Origin: Macrostomum lignano
Lineage: Eukaryota
Direction: 5' to 3'
NCBI GenBank assembly: GCA_002269645.1
Contig: NIVC01003210.1
Span: 1-64,000 of the forward strand
DNA: 64,000 bases
Made by a program: the position numbers and the translations under genes
Shown here: piece by piece, positions 49,480-62,300 of the stretch
Numbering within the stretch: the first letter of the stretch is position 1
How the letters are laid out: each line of letters begins with the position of its first letter
The notes under the pieces: model-generated
Told to the model about the DNA's origin: nothing
Seen by the model: only the letters and a program-made list of their open reading frames with translations
Database searches by the model: none

Positions 49480-52400
49480 CTAAGCTTCCTGACTGGGCTC
49501 CTTATCCGCAGCCTGCTCCGGTCCCCTCGGCAACATGGTGCTGGCATCGGCCAAGTTCAACGCCACCACGGCCATCACGGCTGTGCAGCGGTCCATCTCG
49601 AACGGGTCCTGCACGCTGACTGTGTCGCCGCGGGAATGATGAAATTGGAAGTAGAAATCGGCTGACTCGCCTGTCCTCTGCGTGACCAGATTGCCAACTG
49701 GGACGCCTACGCTCGCCCATTCGGTGATGTCCGGACCGTCCAGCTTCTCGAAAACGTTGCAAGCGCCGAGTGACGACTCCAGCGGCTGCAGGACGGTGCG
49801 CAGGGCGGCTGTCGTCGCAGCCGAACCGCTGCAGGTGACGCCTCTGGGATCAAAGGTGCCGCCGTCCGTTTCCAGCATGTAGCTGAGCCTGCCAGCGAGC
49901 TCGCTTGAGTGCGCCTGAGCACAAGACAAACGAGTTGATACGAGTAATAAAGCAGACTTATATAAAGCTATCGTCAAATTTTTATGACACTACTTCTATA
50001 CTAAGTAGTGCGATATTGGGTTTAAAGAAAAAAATCAAAACTTGTTTATTATCTGTTACTCTCGACTTTGATTTTTGTCTTGCACAGTTATCTGTTCTAT
50101 ACTAGCTTACGGTTAAGCAAAGGTGGTCGTGGCTAGCATGTAGGTGTAGGCTATGAGACAGGCTGTCTGCCTGTCTTACTGTCTGCCTGTCTTACTGTCT
50201 GCCTGTCTTACTGTCTGCCTGTCTTACTGTCTGCCTGTCTTACTGTCTGCCTGTCTTACTGTCTGCCTGTCCTTCTGTCTGCCTGTCTTACTGTCTGCCT
50301 TAGTGTCCGTCAGTCCCTCAGTCGGCACACCTCAAAGTACAGCCTGCCGCCCCACAGGCCGAGTTCCTCGCCGGAGAACAGTATCAGCCGGATGGTGCGC
50401 CGGGTCCGGTGCTCCTGCAGGGCCTGCCGGATGGTCCGCAGGGCCTCCCAGGCGACAAAGACGCCGCCAGCATCGTCCATGGCGCCCTGTAAGGAAAGTT
50501 CAACGTCAAGGACAAAAGAAAATCACAACTACTGTGCACCAAATCCATTTAAAAGTTCCCAGAAAGCGCCGAAAAATCACATGCGAGGATTTTCCATACA
50601 GATATCCCAAAACTTCGCCTTCAGAGGATCCCAAAATCTGCTTCACACAGCTCCCCACCTGTCCCACATCCCAGCAGTCGATGTGAGCGCACAGCACCAC
50701 CAGCTCGTGCGCCACGGCCGGATCGCAGCCAGGCAAATCCGCCACAATATTCCTCGACCTGATGGAGTCGAACTCGGTCGGGCTGCACTGAATTGACAGT
50801 CGAATTCTTGGCGTCTGTCGGCGCCGCTGCCAACGCGCCAAAGCTTCAGCGTCATCTGGCGCCAGACAGGCCGCCGGGATCGGGCTGGCGGTGGCGCCAG
50901 CGGCGTCGAACAGAGTCACCCCGGCGTGCGGCGAGTCAACGGCGAGCGGCGTCACGGAGCGGACGAGGGCGGCTACGGCGCCGAATTTTGAGGCCAAGCT
51001 GGGCCCGTGATTGCGGAACTGCCGGGTGCTGTCGTAGCCGGCCTGGGACAATGGGAGAGGGGGAGTGGCAGGGAGAGAGATAAAGAGGGACAAAGAGAGC
51101 TAAAAGACGTCACAATAAGAGAGTGGGGACTGACTGGGAAGGAGTGAGTGACAAGAAGGGAGGATGTCTGAGCGGAGCGATAAAGGGGGGCCGTAGCCCT
51201 GTGGTCTGGCGCGGCGTTCTGATGTGCCAGCGGCCCAGGCTCGATTCCAAATTCAGTCACATTAATTAGGGGCTAAATTGGAATCTTGGTTTGGCTCTGC
51301 TTGTGCAATTAACGCCCTTGAGTGCCAACTCCCAAGGCACAGTGAAGTGTACATGACTAACGATAAATAAAGTTAGGGCCGCTGTACACTCCTGTGTGAG
51401 TGTGCGCCTGTGCGTCTGACTGCGTACGTATCCGCGCGCTTGTGTGCCTGCTCAGGGGAGTCGGCGGAATGGGCAGCAGTAATTCCTCTCGCCGGTTGGT
51501 GACGATGTCACTCAGAGAGCGCCAGGGTGCACACAGCCCCTGCCTCTAATAAAAAGGGAGGGAATAAAAATTGATGAGGAGGGGAAGGTCTAAACGCCTC
51601 TCCGCTATATTGAAACTCGAAACCTGGACCCGTCTGGCAAACAAGGCCGTTAGCAGGCGCACAGGTGGCAAGTGCACATGCACTCGTCGGACGTTGCGTG
51701 TCCACCGCAAGCTCTCTTTCCTGCTTAAGTGTATGAATAATCTGCGAACGAATAGTTTCCATCTGCGATATAAATTTCCAATTGCATGTAGTTACATGTA
51801 TCTGATGCGCTTCACAACCCCTGATTTGAGCACATGCGACCACGAATAGGCTATACTCTTATTTGAGGATGAAGCCCTCTATTCGCTCGTTGGTTGAATC
51901 GTGTCGAAAGACCAGAATCAGAACACGAGGAAACATTGAACCATTTCAGAGTAGAACAAACGACAGATAGGGGTTTGTGGCCTAGTGGTCAGAGCGTCGG
52001 ACTCACGACTTGAAGGTTGGGGGTTCGATTCTCGATCCACCTCGTAACAATTTGTGTCCTTGAGCAAGACACTTAACTCTGTATTGCTTCAGTTCACCCA
52101 GCTGTAAAATGGGTGCCAGCATTAGCTGGGTAATTGAGGGTGTGTGGCGACCCCCCAGTCCTTGGACTGAATAGCCGTACGCAGCCTTCAGATGCGCCGC
52201 GCAATAGCTGCGGCTGAGCTGTCGGTTGCACATCTGCCCATTAGGGCAGGTGTAAAAGTAATCAATTATTTTTATTATTAAACCACAGAGCAGTTGAGGA
52301 ATCCTTAGACAAAAAGAAATTGGTTCACTCACCCAGGGCTGATTAAACACTACGATTCGTCCTCGGACCAAGCCCTGAGCAGCTGCCGAATCAAGCTCGT

Positions 52401-52779
52401 TGAAGCTGTGCACCACGATGCAGTCGGCTTCAATGCCGCCTGGCAGGGTCGGGGCCGAGTAGCCCAGACTCAGCATGCTCAGCTTCCGTCGGACTGGTGA
52501 CACGATAGAGGCCTCTTCGAGTCCGCGCGACCATCGCGGCATCCGGAACTCCTCGGTTTGGGCGTCCAGAAAGTCGCTGGTCCTCAGCTCGGCGACGGCC
52601 CAGTCGATGGCGCACTCCAGCTCGCGTGTGCCAGCCATCCTGCTGCTGAAACAGTCGACGAAATCCGACATGCGCTCGAACGCCTTGCCACGTCCGGGGC
52701 CGCGGATGACGTAATCGATGACTCGCTTGCTGTGAGACGCGGCGTCTTTTGATAATTGAAATTGGCCGCTTGAAGCCAT
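49480..52779 (-). CDS. CPQ: carboxypeptidase Q (plasma glutamate carboxypeptidase; M28 family with PA domain), 4 exons, about 473 aa
   Basis: Exons 52779-52333, 51042-50659, 50486-50331, 49914-49480 (all phase 0). Motifs [52 protein letters not shown] include the M28 zinc ligands. Confidence 0.92.
50160..50300. repeat. 16-bp intronic repeat (CTGTCTGCCTGTCTTA)n
   Basis: Tandem units in CPQ intron 3. Confidence 0.9.
51185..51570 (+). mobile_element. tRNA-derived SINE family A, copy 2 (CPQ intron 1)
   Basis: Head GGGGGCCGTAGCCCTGTGG...GGCTCGATTCC. Homologous to 16603-16935. Confidence 0.82.
51970..52280 (+). mobile_element. CORE-type SINE family B, copy 2 (CPQ intron 1)
   Basis: Highly similar to 43911-44207. 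Confidence 0.87.
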
Positions 52780-53094
52780 GATTTCTCTTTACAGTTTCGT
52801 ATTCTTGTTCCAAGTTTCCGTAAAAGCTGGTACGGAATTTATGTTCATACCCATTATCGGGGTTTTGTGGTGAATGCTTATCAGAATTTTGTCGTAATTG
52901 TTTATCTCTGTCTGACCCTCTCTGCTTGCCGCTATTGAACTGGGCTGTAAAGTCACCTTTCATGAGGTGGGTTGCTTCAAGAGTGCAGACGCCCTGCGAA
53001 TCTCTTCTCTCTCTTCCTCGAGTTTGCACCATTGGGTGCAGTGTGGGTTCAGTGTACAGCACAATTGTGTACAGCACAGTGTACAGATTTATAT

Positions 53095-53173
53095 TAATAT
53101 GCCAACTCACGGAATCGAACCTAGGTACGGTTAAGTCAAGGCGTCTTAACCGCGGAGATACTACTTCTGCCCC
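53095..53173 (-). mobile_element. degenerate tRNA-like or SINE head
   Basis: Perfect B box GGTTCGATTCC and A-box-like GCGGTTAAGACGC. No acceptor stem. Confidence 0.4.
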
Positions 53174-53587
53174 GATCATTCAAACCAGAAGGTGATCACA
53201 GGACGAATGAATGTACATATCTATACACGGGAAGGTTAGGAACAGTGAAGTAAACACACAGATGGCTATATTTAGCTCTGCAGTGCACAGAGAAAAGTTT
53301 GGTAGAGAATACAGTAAATACGCTAGTAGCTCGTGATCAACTACAATGAAGACTTATTCTTGCATTCGGAAATTCCATTCGCATAGGAACGTACTGCACT
53401 GAGCGTACACGCAGGCACGAAATTTCGGGGCGTAAACAGAGCCTTTAGAACTCGTTTTGTTCTATCTCGGGTGGACGAGTTGCTTACATATGACGCATAT
53501 ATGTGGCTTTAAACGCAAAAAAATATTTTCATGCTTATTTGGATGCATTGTCAGCCTAAACAATAGCCAAGCTCAAATCTCAGCGCG

Positions 53588-53818
53588 ATGTCCTGGGAGC
53601 TGAAGTCCAGCGCTCTAATCATCTTAGCCATGTCCGCGGCCAGCCTCTCCGAGTCCATGATTGCAGCGGATCGTGCTCAGAATGACAGAACAACTGATGA
53701 CGGGGAGCCTGCTAATGGCGAGCATGAAGAGCTAGCGGAGGACAAGAAGAAGAAGATCGGTTCTCTTTCACCTATTTCATCTGCTGCGCAATCGTTTTGG
53801 CTGATCTGGCATGGTTGA
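53588..53818 (+). CDS. putative small secreted peptide precursor (76 aa)
   Basis: ATG start, hydrophobic N-terminus, acidic spacer, KKKK, C-terminal Gly before the stop, GC-rich third positions, AATAAA about 130 bp downstream. No recognised homology. Confidence 0.35.
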   Translation: MSWELKSSALIILAMSAASLSESMIAADRAQNDRTTDDGEPANGEHEELAEDKKKKIGSLSPISSAAQSFWLIWHG

Positions 53819-54339
53819 GTAGGGCCGCTAACATTTGCGTCATTCTTTTGTTCATGTATTAACTATGTGTATAACAGTAATTTGTTTAACATAAGTTGTC
53901 ATAAATTTCGATCTAAAAATTCATAGCGCCTGTAATACACGTTTAAATAAATTACCAATACCGCATGTAAATTATCAGCTTCTTTTGCTCGCATTCTAGT
54001 ACTCTCGACAGCAAGTTCAGTCAATAGACCAGTCTCATATAAACACAAATAACTTTCATTGTGTACTCGTATTAAAAATTTTCTTACTGTTTTTGTAATC
54101 TTTTCATTACCAATAAAAGCACGCAAGTCAAGCATATCATGTCAAGCAGAGAGTTAAAATGTAACATGCAGATTGGCTTTATGTATTGCAAATAGCTATG
54201 TCAATTCTGTTTATTCTCAAGCTCGGAAAAAACGACACAGATATGTGCAGAGACGCGCACTCAGTGATCTTGTATAAAAGGTCAAAAACTTTTTTACCTC
54301 AAGGGTTAGATACAGAACCTAGCGCATGAAGGCCAGATG

Positions 54340-55320
54340 AGGGGGAGGAGAGGGAAGAGAGAAGAGAGACGGGGGAAAGAAGTGAAGAATTAGGGAATAA
54401 AGGAGAAGAGAGGAGATGAAAAAAGAGAGACAAGAGAAGGGAGAGGGAAAGGGAGAGAAGAGAAGGGAGAGGGGAAGGGAGAGAAGAGAAGGGAGAGGAG
54501 AAGGAATGACAAGAGAGATGAAGAGAGATGGGAGAAGAGAAGAAAGAAGAGTAGGGGATAGAAGGAAGAGGACAGCAGAGAAGAGAGGAGAGTAGAAAGG
54601 AAAGAAGAGGGGAGAGGAAAGGAGAGGAGAGGAGAGGAGAGAAGAAGAAAGGAGAGGGGAGGAGAAGAGAAGAGAGGAGAGGAGAGGAGAGGAGAAGAGA
54701 AGAGAAGAGAGGAGAGGAGAGGAGAAGAGAGGAGAGGAGAGGAAAGGAGAGGAGAGGAAAGGAGAGGAGAGGAAAGGAGAGGAGAGGAGAAGAGAGAGAG
54801 GAGAGAGAGAGGAGAGGAGAGGAGAGGAGAGGAGAGGAGAGGAGAGGAGAGGAGAGGAGAGGAGAGGAGAGGAGAGGAGAGGAGAGGAGAGGAGAGGATA
54901 GGAGAAGAGAGAAGAGGAGAGGAGAGGAGAGGAGAGGAGAGGAGAGGAGAGGAGAGGAGAGGAGAGAGAGGAGAGGAGAGGAGAGGAGAGGAGAGGAGAG
55001 GAGAGGAGAGTAGAAGAGAGGAGAGGAGAGGAGAGGAGAGGAGAGGAGAGGAGAGGAGAGGAGAGGAGAGGAGAGGAGAGGAGAGGAGAGGAGAGGAGAG
55101 GAGAGGAGAGGAGAGGAGAGAAGAGGAGAGTAGAAGAGAGGAGAGGAGAGGAGAGGAGAGGAGAGGAGAGGAGAGGAGAGGAGAGGAGAGGAGAGGAGAG
55201 GAGAGGAGAGGAGAGGAGAGGAGAGGAGAGAAGAGGAGAGAAGAGGAGAGGAGAGGAGAGGAGAGGAGAGGAGAGGAGAGTAGAAGAGAGGAGAGGAGAG
55301 AAAAGGAGAAGAGAAAGGAG
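54340..55320. repeat. (GGAGA)n polypurine microsatellite tract
   Basis: About 1 kb purine-only strand with a pentamer core. Confidence 0.97.
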
Positions 55321-55548
55321 AGTCCTGGGGTTTGGCCCTCATGCAGCAACACGAAAATCTCTTGACACAATTTTTTTTGTGAGCGAGCCCCTTGCAATAC
55401 TTTTGGCGAGTTTTGAGGTCAGAGCCGAACGTGCTTACCGTTCTCTGCTACTAACTACCTGCAGATACGCCAGCATTAGGTAAATAAAAATCAGTCAAAG
55501 TTAGAGATGCATGACATACATTGAATATGGCACATGTGTTCAACTCTG

Positions 55549-58381
55549 TCAAATCCAGTCAGTTCCCATCTGAAGCTTAGAGCCAAAAACGTTGCTGACA
55601 TGCGTCAGATTCTGAAAGTAGAGCTTTGCTCCTCTGCCGTCGTAGATTGCGCCAATCTTCTTCATGTCGTGAATGGCAATTATAGGCTGGGTCTTGTCGG
55701 TGATTGGGTCCATATTGTTTATATCGGCGCAGTACCTGGCGTGTTTGAGTAAATATAGTGAGCTGTCACACGATCAAAATACATGTAAGTTTCGGCTTAT
55801 TTTCAGAAGATTTTTTCGCAGGTAAACTGGGTCGTGTAATAAAAAATGAGCGATTGCTAGGAAGATTCTGAGTAGACTGAGTGTGAGAAACTGCTCTCGA
55901 ACTACAAAGAATAGACGTACACGTATACCTATTGTAGTTACGTCCGACAACCAGTGCCAAGGCAATTCTGCTATTCTGTGCGCAGGTACGCACTCATACA
56001 CAGGCTAACTGGTCAGACATGGTCAGAAACCAGGGGTCTTGATTCACTCTTTAATGTTGCTGAGTGTAAAGTTATGGTAAACTGGACAGGGCAAGCAAAC
56101 TCCTTCCTGCTCACAATTGCAGCTGCATAGCTGAGGTTTCGTCAATCTTGTCGCAACGCCTGCTTAGAGCGGCCCTACGCTGAGGCAGGTAGATACTTCC
56201 CGATGCATCCATTCGGTTGCCCTCATAGGGATAGAAGCTGTACGATGGCGGGATGTACACAGTCTCCAGTGGACTGTTGGCCACAGGAAATGCGGCATTG
56301 TACCGCTCCAGTATTGCAGTCAGTCCGAATGGCCCCGCAAAGCTGAGCGGGCTGCCCCTGGCGAAGGGCACCGTCCGAAGCTCGTTGATGCAGTGCCGAT
56401 AGAAGCTGTGCCCGGGAGCGGCCATCAGGAAGGCCGGATTGGCCATCGTTCTTGCAGGCCACTGGAATTTGAAAAACTGCAGCGAGTGGGCTTCGGGCTC
56501 GCGGGTCACCACGGCGTAGAAGCGACGGTGGTCGTCCAGACTGGCAATCAGACTGTAGTCCAGGTCTGCGTACACGCCTCCGTACTGCAAGTAGGAGAGC
56601 CAGTTTATAATACGGTAAATTAGCCAAACACGGTAAATTTGGCAAAACATTTCTCGTTAAGTCTGGCTGGCTGGCCTCCTCCCTACCCCTGACACCCCCT
56701 GGTGAGAGGGGGGGGTTTCAGCGCAGATGAGCCCGCATCTACTAACGTTGGGTTTTGACGTTGGGTTTTTGAGTAGCAGTGCAGCAAAACTTACCCTGCA
56801 TTCAATAACTCTAACCAATAAGTTACTGTGTGAGTCATTTAACCACGCTTCTGGCCTTCAGTTTAGTTTCTTTTGGGCAGACATGCAGCTGCTTATTGAG
56901 GCAAATTGCCATCGAATTTCGCCTATCGGCTGAAATTTCAGACTTTTCCCATGTTGTATTTTTGGCCATGAACGACTGCCTATCCAAACGCAGTGTTTTT
57001 TAAATCTTATTTAATCTAGCTGTTACCTGCCAGAGAAATTTTCCGTGACTTTCCCCGCCTTACGGCAATGTACAGGGTGTCCCATAAGTAACTTTACAAC
57101 TTGTTTCGTGAATAACTTTGTGATTAATGCTTGGATCCCAACCAGATTTTAGCATGGGAAAATATATAGAAAAGGGATTTTTTTGACACCAAAAGCATGT
57201 TCATATCAGGCCCAGATTTCGCCTGAGACGTTTACCAAAGCCCTGCTGGACTTTCCGCGGCGGCTGGAGGCCTGCCTTACAAACGGCGGGGCCACATCGA
57301 AGGACCCTGAACGGACTGTATTTTTTAACGTATGAACATGCTTTTGGTGTCAAAAAATCCCCCTTCTATATATTTTCCTATGCTAAAATTTGATGGGGAT
57401 CCAAGCATTAATCACAAAGTTATTCACGAAACAAGTTGTAAAGTTACTTATGGGACACCCTGTACTTTACCAGCCTGGGCCAAGCAGAAATTCACAGCGT
57501 GCATTTTTTGCTCAGAGAGAATCAAGGATCTGAGTATTCCCTGCTATTCCACTTTCAGATCAAGTAGCTATTGAGTATAACTTGTATAGGAAGCCTTATT
57601 CTAACGTTATAAACGATAAAGGGCCACTTTTGGAGATTGTTTCTCTTATATCTTCCACTAAACATACTAGCTAGAATGACGGGCCTCTTGACTATGAAGA
57701 AATAAACTTAACACTCTTATGTGAAATAAATCTCTGTGTCATGGACAACTGACGTACAAGGACGTCATACTCGATCCAGAGTATAGTGTTTCGCTGCAAG
57801 TTTTGCGTCCTAATTTTGTTTTGAATTGCAATTATTCGATTAAGAATGATAATTGATTCAGAATTCAGCAAAACTTGAAATTTTACACTTCGACTTACCT
57901 TAAACAGCAGCATGTACCTGATCATTTCCACCTGCATGATTGTATACGGCGCCAATTCCATGAAACGCCGCAAAGCACCAGGAAAATTCTTCCTCACAAA
58001 CGGCTGCAGATCCTGGTCACGCCAAAGCACCACAGTCCAGTCTGGGTGCACTCGATGCCAGGTTTTCAGTTGCTCAGCGAAATAAGACGAAACATATTCG
58101 CTTTTCCATATCAGGTGTCGAACCGGTGGAATGGGATATCTGTCGCGATCTGTACTACCAGAGAATGACAGATGCTTCAGGTAAGCAGACCTGCAGGAGA
58201 GATTCTGACACACCGTTGGCAGCTGAACATTTTTGCTGATCATGCTGTTGGACTCTACCGACGAATGTACATCATGCGACAGACAGTGCTGTTGAATCAG
58301 CTGACTATAAGCCAATATAAGGCTGGTGATCGTTGCCAGCAGCAACAGAAACTTTAGTAGCTGGCGCTGAGCTCGAGTCAT
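55549..58381 (-). CDS. GT32 (DxD, Gly_transf_sug; OCH1/SUR1-like) type II membrane glycosyltransferase, copy 1, 3 exons, about 379 aa
   Basis: Exons 58381-57899, 56584-56115, 55735-55549 (phases 0, 2; 1140 nt). TM anchor LLKFLLLLATITSLILAY. Motifs IPPVRHLIW, WHRVHPDWTVVLW, MIRYMLLFK|YGGVYADLD, GPFGLT, IAIHD. Confidence 0.9.
57073..57462 (+). mobile_element. Tc1/mariner MITE (390 bp) retaining a transposase C-terminal fragment
   Basis: About 130-bp TIRs CAGGGTGTCCCATAAG and TA TSD on both sides. The centre encodes KALLDFPRRLEACLTNG followed by a frameshifted GHIE. Confidence 0.9.
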
Positions 58382-59019
58382 ACTGTAGTTTTGCAACGCG
58401 CGACGGCAGCGAAGCAAACTAGCTGGTTGCCAATGCAGAGCCGCTCCCAATGAAGTTTATATACACGACGCTATTGTACTCAGGGCTTATGGATTGAATG
58501 ATTGCAACGGAGACTCTGCACTGACTCATGGACCAGAAAAAATTAATTACAATATTAGCCATTGCAAGTGCACTGCAGTAGTGTACAGTCATTTGGCTAT
58601 GCTATCCAAAGCTAAATTTAACCAAGCGGCTTATATAAGAACTGTTTACTGCTTGCAATGGCATTTTTGCAGCTGCTGCTAAAGCTGACAATCAATACAG
58701 ATAGAGCGGCTTAGGGCTTTATATTGTTTTCTTCAATGCAGTGCCACGTAGAATAAGTAGATATTATGTGCCGTGTAAGCGGCTATAAAAGTAACTATAT
58801 AGATTCGGTCATTTTAGTTACAGCCTTGTATTTACGTTAGTCAACATGCAATAATGAATACCCAGTTAGTGCATAGAATATTTGAATAAATTAAAGTTAA
58901 GTGTGCTTGTTTGTTTCAGATAAAACTAATTAGTAAAAACGAAACAAATTTAATGAGAGATGGAGCAATAAATCAAGTCAGAATGGTTTGCAATCTAAAA
59001 ATTAGTACGAGTATACAGA

Positions 59020-59261
59020 CTAGCGCACTAAGCCCCTCATGAGGGCATTCAAATTCAAATTCAAACGAAGCGCCCATTGAAGGCACTAAAAACATCGTTT
59101 TTCGAATATTTGACCCACTACCAATTCGAATTTTTCATCAAAAAAGTTAAACATGATTGCAGAAAAATTAATTTTTTTAAAGTTCATTTGAAAAATTCGT
59201 TCAGACGGTTCTCGAAAAAATGAATTACAGACAGACAAACAGCGCCAAATTAGTATATGGA
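59020..59261 (-). mobile_element. complete mini-Helitron (242 bp)
   Basis: On the minus strand: A|TCCATATACTAAT, a (GTCT)n tract, the hairpin GCCCTCATGAGGGGC, then CTAG|T. Confidence 0.75.
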
Positions 59262-59319
59262 TTTGGTTACGGCTCTAAACCATTTCCAATAGTCTGACAC
59301 TTCTGCAACCTGCAGCAAG

Positions 59320-62300
59320 TCAAATCCAACGGCTTCCCATCTGCAGCTTGGAGCCGAACAGGCTGCTGACGAGCGTCAGGTTCTGAGAGTAGAGCATCGA
59401 TCCTTGACCGTCGTAGACTGCGCCAGACTTTTTCATGTCATGCTTAGCGACTACAGGCTGGGTCTTGTCGATGATCGGGTCCAGGTTGTTTATGTCGGCG
59501 CAGTACCTGGGCGTGTTGGTTTCAAGTGGAATGATGGAGACTTAGATAGTTGGTCACACGGGAGGAGACCTGTGTGCTGCGCTACAAATAATTAAGAGCG
59601 ACAGTCGACCCAGAGCCAGCAAGAGCTGGAGCCTATTCTGTTGATTCCTGAGCACATGCAAGCGCCAATACATGCAAAGGCACGCACTCACACATTCTCA
59701 CACAGGGTGCACAGCGGCGTTGACTTTCTAATCGTCAAGCAAGTACACTCTCTGTGCTTTGGGGAAATCGCACGGCAATCCCCGTCTAATTTTCGTGAAC
59801 AAGCCCCAAATTAATGTTGGCTGCGGACAGAACTAAACCAGGGGGGTCGTGGCCAGAAGCTTGAAGCATGAACCCACAGAGTCAAACAGAGTCAGACTTA
59901 TTGTACTCCAGTACAATTCAGAGTCCTTTTAACTGATTGGAAGGCTGGATTTCTATCCAATTCGTTACGGATGAAAAGCTTAGGGTGAGTAAATTTCTAA
60001 TTAAAAATCTAATCAAATGCTTTAGCCTGTCGAAAAGTTCCTAAGTCTCGTCGAAATGGGTACTTGTAATGAGAGGTCTATCCAGTCTCTTCAGAACCTT
60101 GAAAATTCAGTTCGTTACTATACTGTAGGCAAGAAACTACTAGTTCGACTTAGGATTAGAAATTCAAGAAATTGGACGATTTCATGAAAACTTATTTGCT
60201 CCCTAACTTACAGTGAGTACCGATGCTGCTTTTCCGGCAAGCTCCGGCCCGCGGACCCGCAAAGCCTCTCTATCCAGCCCTCAGGTCCTTTGAAACTTTG
60301 CAATAGCAATCCGGCCCAATCAAAGTGGGTGTCTCTTCTTAGCTATCTTCTCTCACCTCACTCTTCTCCTCTCCTCTCATCTCCCTTTTCCACTCCCTTC
60401 TCCTTTCCCTTCTCTCCTCTCTCCTCTCTCATCTCCTATTTGATCTCTCCTCTCATCTCGTCTCCTCTCTTTTTCTTTATTCCCTCGCCTTTCCTTTCCT
60501 TTAATTCTCTTCTCTATTCCCTCTCCTCTCCCCCCTCCTCTGGTTCGCAGTCATGCGCTTAGTTGTCATCTGGCCCTGGAGGAAAAAAAGTTTGTCAAGC
60601 CCTGAATTAACTAAGACAGGCAGCACAATGCACAGCAACCCCTGCTCACTGTCGCAGTTGCTCAGCCCAGCTAGGATTCGATCTTTTGCAGTAATAAGTC
60701 AACGATTCCTGTCGCTGACCCAAATAGATGCTGCCAGTTGTGTTCATTCGGTTGTTCTCGTAGGGATAGAAGCTGTACGATGGTGGGATGTAGACAGTCT
60801 CCAGTGGACTGTTGGCCACGGTAAAGGCATCCGCGTAGCGTCTTAGTATCCCAGTGAGGCCCAGTGGTCCAGCAAAAGTTAACGGCTCGCCAGCGGTAAA
60901 CGCCTTCGTCCGCAGCTCGTTAACGCAGTGGCGATAGAAGTTGTGACCCGGCGCGGCCATCAGGAAGGCCGGGCTAGGCATGATTTTCAGGGGCCACCGA
61001 CCGTCGATGCCGTAGAATTGCAGCGAGTGAACCTCAGGCTCGCGGGTCACCACAGCGTAGAAGCGACGGTGGTCGTCCAGTCTGGCAGTCAGACTGTAGT
61101 CCAGGTCTGCGTACACGCCTCCGTACTGCAGCAAGTGTGGGTCATAGATCTTATATTCCCTAGATGGGTCACTCTCAATGCATTCAATAGGAAAAGACCG
61201 ACACCGATTTAGGGAATATAAGATCTATGGTGTGGGCACAGATATAATACTAAAATAACTAGATTAAGCCACTCAGGCATACATGCTTAGTAAAACAGCT
61301 TCCTACTTTCAGTTCAGTAGTCGAGAAGAATACATAAGCTATATCATAAAAATAAAGGCAGCTGAAATGACTTTGATAAGTTTAGAAACCCAATCTGGCA
61401 GGCGTAAACAATTTGCTAATTGGTTCAGCCAGAATGTACATTGGCCAGTCCACTGAAATGTACATGGTAGCTTTAGGCGGGAATTCTGAGAAAGGCAATA
61501 AAAATTGGGGCGGGGCGGGTGGGGGTTTGTGTGGAAAGGCGCGATTGGAGGGTCTAACCTGAGGGGGCAAGAGCTAATAAATGAGCCTTGGCTTTAAAGT
61601 ACATTAAAATGCTTCTACCTAACCTACTACTGAACTGAAAGTAGATTACACGCAAATGTGCTGAGTGGCCCATCTAGCTGTTCTAGTGTCTGTGGCTGTG
61701 AGTAGCAGTCAAGCTGCATCTGTTTTTAGAATTGAATTTGCTTTCGGTGTAAATATTCTGTGTACAGTATGGAAAACTCTTGGACTGGGGACTCTATAGG
61801 ATTGGGACTGGGCCATATTGTAGAGACCATCAGTAATTGACTGACTGATTATTTCAATAGAAGCACGAAGCCAAATAGCCCACTCAGGAACAAATCACTA
61901 TCGATGCAGCGTAGCCAAATGTATCTTCGTTCGTATTTTAGATGCTAAATCTGTCACTAAGCTATTATTGGACTAAGCCATTAGTGTACCGTACCCATAT
62001 TTAGCAGCTAGGTGTAGAATAATAACTGATTACACCTGCCCCAGGGGGCAAATGTGCAACCGACAGCTCAGCCGCAGCGATTGCGCGACGCATCTGAAGG
62101 CTTCCTACGGCTGTTCAGTCCAAGGACTGGAAGTCGCCACACAAACCCTCAATTACCCCAGCTAATGCTGGCACCCATTTTACAGCTGGGCGAACTGTAG
62201 CAATGCAGAGTTAAGTGTCTTGCTCAAGGACACAAATTGATCAAGTCCCAGTCGTGAGTCCGAGGCTCAAACCACTTGGCAGCAGCCACTTCTTACTAGA

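Noticed and set aside
50331-50360. Suspected frameshift in CPQ exon 3
   Set aside because: Recounting shows four Cs at 50350-50353. The exon is 156 nt and in frame ([10 protein letters not shown]).
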